Of a stretch of DNA of 64,000 nt, positions 37,024-44,346 are shown piece after piece. The stretch is taken from sequence record NC_019408.1; one strand, written 5' to 3'. Below the pieces are notes generated by a model. The model searched no databases and had not been told where the DNA came from. It worked only from the letters and a program-made list of their open reading frames with translations. The translations under genes and the position numbers were made by a program. Position 1 is the stretch's first letter; each line of letters opens with the position of its first letter.

Positions 37024-38724
37024 TTACAGGTGCCAGCGCGAGCCGGTGAAGGTGATCAGCGCGCGCTTGCCGTTCGGGTATTGCACGCAGTGGGTGTGCG
37101 CCCAGGACGAGGGACCCTTGTTGTAGCCCATGTCGAGCAGGGAGGTCGTCCCGGTGTTGTAGGCGCTCTCGTAGATGCCCGGCGAATGGGTGTGACCGAA
37201 CGTCACCTTCGGCCCCAGTTCGGCGAACTGCTTGATGTTGCCGCGCGAGCCGTTGGTCCCGTTGTGGCCGTGGACCGAGTGCTCGACCTTGCCCTTCATG
37301 TGGGATTGGTCCTGGAAGAGGAACTTGACCCCCTCGCAGGCCCAGGCCGTGAACTTGTTCTGCATGACCCAGGAGAAGATCGAGAACCCGCTCTCGCGCT
37401 CGCGGATCGAGCGGTACTTGCGCGCCTGACATTCCAGGAAGAACTCGGCGTTGACCGGGTCCTGGCGGTAGTCGGCCGTCTTCAGCCACTTCTCCAGCGC
37501 CAGATCGTGATTGCTCTCGACCACCGCGATCTCGGTGTCGGGGTGCTCGGCCGCCAGGACCGACATGAACATCGCCACCTCGCGAAGCTCTTCCTCGACG
37601 CTCTCGGTCCCGTTGATGTAGAGCCAGTAGCGGTCGTGGGGGTCGGAGATGTTGTGGTGGTTGCGCGCCCGGAAGTCCGAGACGTCGTGCAGGAACACGT
37701 TCTCGGGCCGCAGGACGTCGATCATGCTGGGCGTCGCCTGCTTGACCCAGACGCGGCCGTTCGCCGAGCGCTGCTCGGTGGGGAAGAACCCGAACGTGCC
37801 GGCCGAGACTTGAGGGTCGATCTGGGCGACGTGGATGTCGCCCGGCGTCAGGGCGGTGATCCGGTGGGCCTCGGTGACCTTGCCGTCCTGGACGAAGCGG
37901 TCCAGGTCGTAGAACGAGCCGTCCTTGTCGCCCAGCAGGTGGCGGCAGAAGAACGTGCCGTCCTCGTCGATCTCGACCAGGACAGCCCCGAGTTGGTGGT
38001 GGTGCTGGGCCTTCTGGCCCGCCAGCTTGGGAATGTAGTTCGGCTTGGTGACGGCGCCGGTCGTCATGTTCTGCTTGGACGGCTGGTCCTTCATCGTCGC
38101 GATGCTGGCCAGTTGGACCTTGGCGTGCGGGAAGATGCCCCAGCGCTCACCCGAGTAGGTCTTCAGGCCCGAGATCGGGTTGACGTTGGTCGGCAGGGCG
38201 TTGATGTTGCCCAGGAACTCGACGCGGTCGCCCAGTTGGACGCGATCGACGATCAGGTAGTCCATGACGCGCTCGTGGTAGACCGAGGCGTGCTTGGCGT
38301 GATCCTCGAACAGGCGCTTGGAGTAGGTGAAGCCGGCGATCATGATGTCGCACGGCGCGTCCTGGCGCAGGTACTCGGCGTAGGCCTCCAGGTTGTCCAC
38401 GAACTCGTCATGGACGTAGGTGGCGTCCTGGGCCGACGACAGGATGAAGCGCCGGCGCCCGGTGTCGGGGCCGACCGGGATGACCCGCGCTTCCGGGATC
38501 GGGCGGTGCGAGAACGGGTCCTTGCGCATCGCGTAGAGGCGATTTTGCAGGGTCGTGCGCTTGACGCTGTACTTGCGGGAGAACGCCCGCTGGCCGCCGG
38601 CCTTCTTGACCATCGCCAGCAGTTCGATCGGCTCGACCGAGTAGATGTCGAAGGGACCGTCCTTGGGCAGGGTCACCTTCATCCGCTTGGCGGCCTTGGA
38701 GGCGTGTTCGAACTCAGCCGGCAT
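37024..38724 (-). CDS. Calcineurin-like metallophosphoesterase-fold protein with N-terminal HTH-like segment
   Basis: PGDIH, FLHD, ESNHD, HGH and FGHTH metal-ligand motifs. Confidence 0.7.
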   Translation of the reverse strand: MPAEFEHASKAAKRMKVTLPKDGPFDIYSVEPIELLAMVKKAGGQRAFSRKYSVKRTTLQNRLYAMRKDPFSHRPIPEARVIPVGPDTGRRRFILSSAQDATYVHDEFVDNLEAYAEYLRQDAPCDIMIAGFTYSKRLFEDHAKHASVYHERVMDYLIVDRVQLGDRVEFLGNINALPTNVNPISGLKTYSGERWGIFPHAKVQLASIATMKDQPSKQNMTTGAVTKPNYIPKLAGQKAQHHHQLGAVLVEIDEDGTFFCRHLLGDKDGSFYDLDRFVQDGKVTEAHRITALTPGDIHVAQIDPQVSAGTFGFFPTEQRSANGRVWVKQATPSMIDVLRPENVFLHDVSDFRARNHHNISDPHDRYWLYINGTESVEEELREVAMFMSVLAAEHPDTEIAVVESNHDLALEKWLKTADYRQDPVNAEFFLECQARKYRSIRERESGFSIFSWVMQNKFTAWACEGVKFLFQDQSHMKGKVEHSVHGHNGTNGSRGNIKQFAELGPKVTFGHTHSPGIYESAYNTGTTSLLDMGYNKGPSSWAHTHCVQYPNGKRALITFTGSRWHL

Positions 38725-39397
38725 AGAGAAGCTCCGGTTTGGCGCTGACGGGCTTGGACCAGTCCCAGACGAACCACGCGTAGGCGAAGCGCGGTGCGCC
38801 CTTGGTCCCCTCGATCCAGCGGGGGCGATGGCGAAGGGTGACCTTCGCGGCGAAGGCGGGGTGATCGAAGAGGTCGGCGCGCGAGCGCGCGGCGTCCCAT
38901 TCGTGGCGGCAGAGGAAGGCGACGAAGCCCTTGTCGGCTTCCATCAGCTTCAGGGCATGACGGGCGGCGCGCTCGGCGTCCTTGCCGTAAGGCGGATTGG
39001 AGATGATGGCGTCCGGGCGCGCCGGCAGCGGGGTGACCTTGCGCTCCTTGCCCTCGTCGTCGAGGACCACCGCCGGCCGGGCCTTCAGCGCGCCCAGGCG
39101 ATCCAGGTCGTCCGGGGTGAGCTTGAAGAAGTCCTCGACCGCGTCCACGTCGAAGCCTTCGTAGCGACGGATGTCCGTGGAAAGGACCTCCTGCACGTAG
39201 GGCCGCAGCGGGTTGGCGATCGCGCCGTTGCCCGCGAAGGGCTCCCAGGCATAGAAGCCGGCGAACTCGTCGCCCATGGCCTCGATCAGCGCGTCGAACG
39301 CGGGACGAGGCGTCGGATAGAAATCCAAGGGGTTCCTGGCATAGCCCGAGGCGCCCAGCATGGAGGGGTCTTTGCGACCGGCATCGGAGAGAGACAT
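38714..39397 (-). CDS. Small amino (N6-adenine or N4-cytosine) DNA methyltransferase
   Basis: DFYPTP, WEPFAGNGAI (motif I), STDI and ISNPPY (motif IV). Confidence 0.75.
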   Translation of the reverse strand: MSLSDAGRKDPSMLGASGYARNPLDFYPTPRPAFDALIEAMGDEFAGFYAWEPFAGNGAIANPLRPYVQEVLSTDIRRYEGFDVDAVEDFFKLTPDDLDRLGALKARPAVVLDDEGKERKVTPLPARPDAIISNPPYGKDAERAARHALKLMEADKGFVAFLCRHEWDAARSRADLFDHPAFAAKVTLRHRPRWIEGTKGAPRFAYAWFVWDWSKPVSAKPELLYAG

Positions 39398-39405
39398 GGC
39401 CAGGA

Positions 39406-39474
39406 GGGATGTCATGGTTAACGAAGGGTGTCAAGATTCACGACATTGACTGTCGTGACGCACCACGCTACACA
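39406..39474. promoter_or_regulatory. Back-to-back divergent promoters sharing the 17-bp motif
   Basis: Minus strand: TTGACA, 17-nt spacer containing TTAACCAT, CATCCC. Plus strand: TTGACT 39446-39451, 17-nt spacer, TACACA 39469-39474. Motif at 39429-39445. Confidence 0.7.
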
Positions 39475-39480
39475 CCCTCG

Positions 39481-40133
39481 ACGAGGCGGTCTCCTGCTCC
39501 TAGCGCGCGCTCTCCAGCCTTTCCGAGGGCGATGCGCCGGACCTGCTGAGCAAGGGAATCCAGAGCGAGGCAGCGCTCTGCTCCCCAAAGAGTGGGCCAA
39601 GCGGTGCGGGCGGAAAGGCTCGGGGTCCGTGGCTCCATGCAATGCGCAGGAGAGACCGTGCTCCTTCTGACGCAGCGGGCGCCCGACGTTGCGGGTCGTG
39701 AGGCGAGGCCGGCCGAGATGATCAACGGCCTGGGGCGGGAGGGGCTTGACCTCTCCCGCATCCGCCTCTAGCGTCACCATCAATCAGGCGCAGCACTGCC
39801 TCACGATCGGACCATGTTCGGCTCCCGGTCCTGGAGCTTGGAAGCCTCACTCTGGAGCAGGACTGCCGCTGCGCCGGGGACGGTTTGGACGACGCACCCG
39901 TCCATGAGGCGAACGCCGGCCAAGACATGGCACGAGGCGTGACGGGGACCAGAGGTCCCACTCCATTCGCCGCGCCGGCGGCAGCAAAGCTCATTGAGCG
40001 GATGGTGGCACGGGCGCGAGCCCGATTTTGAGAGCCAGCGGAGAGCCACCTTCCTCCCTGGCCCGGCGACGACGAAAGCTGGGTGGCTGTAACCGCTCGT
40101 CTGAGGGATGCGTCCCCAAGATCATCAAGACGC
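39481..40133 (+). ncRNA. Candidate large ornate ncRNA (~650 nt), GOLLD/ROOL-class by size and context; family unverified
   Basis: Promoter immediately upstream, terminator downstream, no credible ORF. More than 10 helices of 6-10 bp, including crossing pairs. Confidence 0.7.
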
Positions 40134-40164
40134 AAAAGGCCCCGATCTCGCGATCGGGGCCTTT
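40134..40164. terminator. Bidirectional intrinsic terminator
   Basis: AAAAGGCCCCGATC-TCGC-GATCGGGGCCTTT between convergent RNA genes. Confidence 0.85.
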
Positions 40165-40171
40165 CAAATTC

Positions 40172-40260
40172 TGGAGCTACGGGAGGGACTCGAACCCTCA
40201 TAGGTGTCGCCACCAGCAGAGATTTGCAGTCCCGCGCCTAACCTCTCGGACCACCGTAGC
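40172..40260 (-). tRNA. tRNA-Cys(GCA) with a long variable arm, CCA encoded
   Basis: Acceptor GCTACGG/CCGTAGC, anticodon loop CT-GCA-AA, T arm GAGGG-TTCGAGT-CCCTC, U73, 18-nt variable region with GGTG-GCGA-CACC. Confidence 0.85.
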
Positions 40261-40440
40261 AAAACGGGACTGACGCCCGAAGGCCCAGCCCCGTTCCCGA
40301 CGACCCAAGGGAGTGCCGTAGCTGTCCCAAGGAGCACCGTGACGGCGTGGCAGGCGACTGAAGCCGTCAAGTCGAAGGGCTTCCGGCGCCGGTCACCCTA
40401 ACCTCCGGGCTCTTGCGAGCGCGAGTGAGGTCCTCCTACG
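40261..40440 (-). ncRNA. Structured ~180-nt leader or ncRNA co-transcribed with tRNA-Cys
   Basis: Minus-strand promoter TTGCGG, 17-nt spacer, TATAAG (-10 at 40452-40447). Hairpins with GCAA and UUCG tetraloops. Confidence 0.4.
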
Positions 40441-40542
40441 CCGATCCTTATAGCCGAGCCTTCACGCGTCCGCAACGAAAAATGTGTCGTGAGCGATGAC
40501 TTTTTCCTTGACACCTTCGATTAGGCTCTGGTAGAGAACAGG

Positions 40543-40945
40543 CATCGTTGTAATTCGGACAACGGAAACGGCGGCAAGACGGGGGTGCGATTCCCCCCGC
40601 CTCCACCACCACGAGCCCCTGGCGCTGGGAGTACGCGACTCCTGGGCAGGGAGTGTTACCCTGGCGGACCATTGCTGGCCCGAGCCAAAGGTAGCCGGGG
40701 GTTCTTGATGCTGGGGGCGATCAGCTTCGATTGGCGCATGTGACTGGAAGACGCAACGGTGGGTGACCTCCAGGCCAGCTTGCTGGTGATCGGGTCGAAG
40801 CAACAGAAATGTCGCTGCAAATGACAACGCTCCGTTCGCGGTGCGTGAAGCCATCGCCGCCTAATAAGCGGTAGAGGCGTGTCCCGGCGGACGCGCGTGT
40901 CACAAAAAGGCCCTGCATCTACGGACCGGGGCCAGTCCGCCACCC
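40543..40945 (+). ncRNA. ssrA: Two-piece (circularly permuted) tmRNA; tag peptide ANDNAPFAVREAIAA
   Basis: Acceptor piece has T arm GGGGG-TGCGATT-CCCCC and CGCCTCC-ACCA (40598-40608). Coding piece starts GGGGGCG (40713) and gives a G3:U70 pair. Tag reading frame 40817-40861 is followed by TAA TAA. Promoter TTGACA at 40508. End points are approximate. Confidence 0.92.
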
Positions 40946-41046
40946 ACCTTTCGCAGGCGGGGACCTAACTTCGGATGTCTGTCGGGCGATGGATGTTCAC
41001 CTTGGGTCCCCGTCTTCGAAAGGTGGTCGAAAGACCGTCTAAAAGA

Positions 41047-41125
41047 CGCGGGGTAGAGGAGTCCGGTTGTCCTCGTCTGGCTCATAACCAGAAGATCAGG
41101 GGTTCAAATCCCCTTCCCGCTCCCA
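41047..41125 (+). tRNA. tRNA-Met(CAU), initiator-like, CCA encoded
   Basis: CGCGGG start with a mismatched first pair, A11:U24, anticodon arm TCTGG-CTCATAA-CCAGA, TTCAAAT loop. Confidence 0.8.
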
Positions 41126-41383
41126 GGACCTGAACGCCGAGGGACTCCCAAAGAACGACGGCGTGACACGCTCGGAGAGAACGAGCACTGCAATCCGGGC
41201 TATGAGACCGTGATGTAGCGGACGCCGAAGCGAGAGCAGGCGTGACACCTGGAGAGACGGGACCAGTTTTCCAGGCCGCATGCCCGGCGCACAAGACCGC
41301 AGGCTTCGGCCGTAGGGCAGTGTCAGGGGATGAGGCTAGTCCCCGGCCCAAGGGCTAGGGCATGCGGCTTGGAAAGCTGGTTT
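41126..41383 (+). ncRNA. Candidate ~255-nt pseudoknotted ncRNA between two tRNAs
   Basis: 24-bp helix 41262-41285/41358-41381, duplicated ACGCC..GGCGTGACAC..GGAGAGA module, crossing pair GCACTGC/GCAGTGT. Confidence 0.6.
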
Positions 41384-41470
41384 GGTACGGTGGCTCGACA
41401 GGTAAGGCATCGGCCTCATAAGCCGAGGGACTAGCTCCCGATCCTGGTTCAAATCCAGGTCGTACCTCCA
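41384..41470 (+). tRNA. tRNA with CAU anticodon (Met or Ile2) and a long variable arm, CCA encoded
   Basis: Acceptor GGTACGG/TCGTACC, anticodon arm TCGGC-CTCATAA-GCCGA, variable arm GGGA-CTAGC-TCCC, T arm CCTGG-TTCAAAT-CCAGG, U73. Confidence 0.85.
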
Positions 41471-41477
41471 AAAAGCA

Positions 41478-41509
41478 GGCGGCCGTCGGGGCGACCCGGC
41501 GGCCGTTTT
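41478..41509 (+). terminator. Intrinsic terminator of the tmRNA/tRNA transcript
   Basis: GCGGCCGTCGGG-GCGA-CCCGGCGGCCGT followed by a T-tract. Confidence 0.75.
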
Positions 41510-41511
41510 GC

Positions 41512-41551
41512 TGTCGTGAATCTTGACACTCCGGGTTGAGCTAGGCATTAT
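41512..41551 (+). promoter_or_regulatory. 17-bp motif plus promoter of the cadherin-repeat gene
   Basis: TGTCGTGAATCTTGACA 41512-41528, 17-nt spacer, CATTAT. Confidence 0.7.
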
Positions 41552-41579
41552 GCCGCTTGACTTTCAGGAGATTTGTGTC

Positions 41580-44273
41580 GTGGCTCGATCCACTCGTTCC
41601 GTCGCGTTGGCGCGCGTCGTCACGCCCGCGCAACTGAAGCGCGACATCCGTATTCGCCGTGCTGACGAACTGGCTGGGCCGAGCGGCCCCAATGGCGTGG
41701 TCCTGATCGGGATCACCAACGACCGCGTCATGGAAAACAGCGCACCCGGCACGCCCGTGGGCGACATCTTCACGATCCCGGCCGGCGCCGACATCGAACT
41801 GGTCACCACCGGCGGCAATCGCTTCGACCTCGTCGGCTCGACCCTGGTCGTGGGCTCCACGCCCCTGGACCACGAGGCCACGCCCGTCGTCAACGTCCTG
41901 GTCCATGCCGAGTACGCGGGATCGACGCTGGAGACCACGCTGCCGATCACGATCCTCAACGAGACCGAGGTGATCGGCGTCACCCTCTCGGCCAACACCG
42001 TGCTGGAGAACTCGGCCGCCGGCGTGACGATCGGGACCCTGACGCCCAACCCTGCGGACGCCACGCTCCAGGTCGTCGGCCCCTATGCCGGCTACTTCAC
42101 GGTCGCGGCCGGCAACATCCTGAAGACCGGGTCGACGCCGACCGACTACGAGACCGCGCCCAACCTGACCGATCACTCCTACCCGGTGACGATCGCCGCC
42201 ACCCGCCAGGGTGAGACGGCCAATTTCACCATCCCGGTCTTCGTGCTGAACCAAGTCGAGATCACCAACATCACGCTCTCGGCCAACCACATCGCCGAGG
42301 GCTCGGGCAGCGGGACGGTGGTGGGCGGCCTGACCTCCACGCCGTCGGGCGCGACCTTCTCGCTGGTCGACAACGCCGGCTCGCGCTTCGCCCTGGCCGG
42401 CAACAACGTCGTCGCCGGCAGCGTCGCCACCAACTACGACACCGCCACCCAGCACGACATCACCGTGCGCGGCACGATCGGCAACGAGAGCCTCAACAAG
42501 ACCTTCACGATCCTGGTCGACAACGTCAACTCGATCAGCGACATCACCCTGACGGGCGCGTCGGTCAACGAGAACACCGCCCCCGGCGTCACCGTCGGGA
42601 CCTTCGCGACCGTGCCGCCCGGCCTGCCGCTGACCCTCACCGACACCGCCGGCAACCGGTTCGCCTTGTCGGGCAACACCCTCCAGACGGGCGCAACGGC
42701 GACCAACTACGAGGTTGCCCAGAGCCATCAGGTCACCGCCCAGGCGACGTTTGGCAGCGACACCCTGTCGAAGAACTTCACGATCAACGTGGTCGACATC
42801 GACGAGATCAACGACATCACGCTCTCGGGCAACACGGTGACCGAGAACACGGCCGCCGGCGTCACCGTCGGGACCCTGGCGTCGGTCCCCACCGGGGCGA
42901 CCTTCTCGATCATCTCGCAGTCCCCGGCGGGCTCCTATTTCGTCATCAACGGCAACGCGCTCCAGACGGGGGCGACGCCGACGGACTACGAGAACGCGAT
43001 CTCCCACACCGTCAACATCCGAGGCACGCGCCAGAGCGAGACCTACGATGAGGCGTTCACGATCAACGTGACCAACATCACCGAGATCAGCAGCGTCTCG
43101 CTCGACAACCTGTCGATCAACGAGAACTCGCCGCAGGGTACGACCGTCGGTAACTTGACGTCGTCGCCGGCCGGGGCCAGCTTCTCGCTCACCGACAATG
43201 CGGGCGGGCGGTTCCAGATCAGCGGCGGCGTGCTTCAGGCCGGATCGGTGGCGACCAACTACGAGGCCGCGACCAGCCATTCGGTCACGGTGCGCGGCAC
43301 GCGCCTGGGCGAGACCAAGGATCAGCAGTTCACGATCTCCGTCAACGATCTCGTCGAACTGAGCACCATCAGCCTCTCGGGCTCGTCGATCGACGAGAAC
43401 TCGGGACCGGGGACTGGCGTCGGAACGCTCTCCTCGTCGCCGGCCGGCGCGAGCTTCAGCCTCACCAACAGCGCGGGCAACCGTTTTGCGCTGTCGGGCA
43501 ACACGATTGTCGCCGGTTCGGTCGCCACCGACTACGAAACCGCGACCAGCCACCAGATCACCGTCCAAGGCACGCGCCTGGGCGAGACCAAGAGCCAAAA
43601 CTTCACGATCAGCGTCAACGACGTGAACGAAGCCCCGCCCGCGCCTGATCTGGACAGCTTCGGCCTGTCGGGCTCGTCGATCGACGAGAACTCGGGAGCG
43701 GGCACCTTTGTGGGCACCTTCTCCTCGTCGCCGTCGGGCGCCAGCTATGTCCTGACCAACAGCGCGGGCGGCCGGTTCGCGATCTCTGGTTCCTCCCTGG
43801 TCGCTGGCTCGACGCCGACGGACTACGAGACCGCGACCAGCCATTCGATCTCGGTCCAGGCGACGCGCGGCGCGACGACGCTCTCCGACAGCTTCACGAT
43901 CACCGTCAACAACTTGGCCGAAGGCGGTGGCGGAAGCCCGACCCTGACCCCTGGGGTGAGCAACGGCAGCTTGACGGTGTTCGCGTCCAATCCTGGGGAG
44001 CAGGCGGTCTCGGGTTACGTGACTGTTTCGATCAGCCAAGGCACCGGGCCTTATTCGTTCGATTGGGAGCAGGTCAGCGGCTATGCCAACATGTACGTGG
44101 CCTACGGCACCGTGAACGGCAAGCCCAACGATTCTGGCTACTTCTACCTGGACCAGGGCGATCGTCCGTCCGACCGCACCACCATCTGGCGCTGTAAGGT
44201 CACCGACTCCGTCGGCAACTACGGGTACACGAACAACGTCACGATCCGCCTCGTCCAGTCCAGCCCGACCTAA
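41580..44273 (+). CDS. Protein with eight tandem cadherin-like repeats and a distinct C-terminal domain
   Basis: ~93-aa repeats with ITLS...ENS..G..VG.L, F.L.G and DYE.A..H motifs. GTG 41580 follows AGGAG. Confidence 0.8.
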   Translation: MARSTRSVALARVVTPAQLKRDIRIRRADELAGPSGPNGVVLIGITNDRVMENSAPGTPVGDIFTIPAGADIELVTTGGNRFDLVGSTLVVGSTPLDHEATPVVNVLVHAEYAGSTLETTLPITILNETEVIGVTLSANTVLENSAAGVTIGTLTPNPADATLQVVGPYAGYFTVAAGNILKTGSTPTDYETAPNLTDHSYPVTIAATRQGETANFTIPVFVLNQVEITNITLSANHIAEGSGSGTVVGGLTSTPSGATFSLVDNAGSRFALAGNNVVAGSVATNYDTATQHDITVRGTIGNESLNKTFTILVDNVNSISDITLTGASVNENTAPGVTVGTFATVPPGLPLTLTDTAGNRFALSGNTLQTGATATNYEVAQSHQVTAQATFGSDTLSKNFTINVVDIDEINDITLSGNTVTENTAAGVTVGTLASVPTGATFSIISQSPAGSYFVINGNALQTGATPTDYENAISHTVNIRGTRQSETYDEAFTINVTNITEISSVSLDNLSINENSPQGTTVGNLTSSPAGASFSLTDNAGGRFQISGGVLQAGSVATNYEAATSHSVTVRGTRLGETKDQQFTISVNDLVELSTISLSGSSIDENSGPGTGVGTLSSSPAGASFSLTNSAGNRFALSGNTIVAGSVATDYETATSHQITVQGTRLGETKSQNFTISVNDVNEAPPAPDLDSFGLSGSSIDENSGAGTFVGTFSSSPSGASYVLTNSAGGRFAISGSSLVAGSTPTDYETATSHSISVQATRGATTLSDSFTITVNNLAEGGGGSPTLTPGVSNGSLTVFASNPGEQAVSGYVTVSISQGTGPYSFDWEQVSGYANMYVAYGTVNGKPNDSGYFYLDQGDRPSDRTTIWRCKVTDSVGNYGYTNNVTIRLVQSSPT

Positions 44274-44346
44274 CGGCTTGACCACCGCGACCGATCTGCT
44301 ACCTTCGCCGTGGTAGCGACGCGTCCTTCCTGACAGCAGTCAAACC

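Noticed and set aside
41160-41260. Resemblance to a tandem glycine riboswitch (GGAGAGA, CGCCGAAG, GAGCA)
   Set aside because: Motif order differs, the CUCUCAGG element is absent, and no gene lies downstream to regulate.
39481-41383. RNase P RNA, SRP RNA, 6S RNA or a small ribozyme
   Set aside because: I could not find GAGGAAAGUCC/CR-V, the SRP helix-8 motif, or a hammerhead CUGANGA core by eye. A covariance search is still needed.
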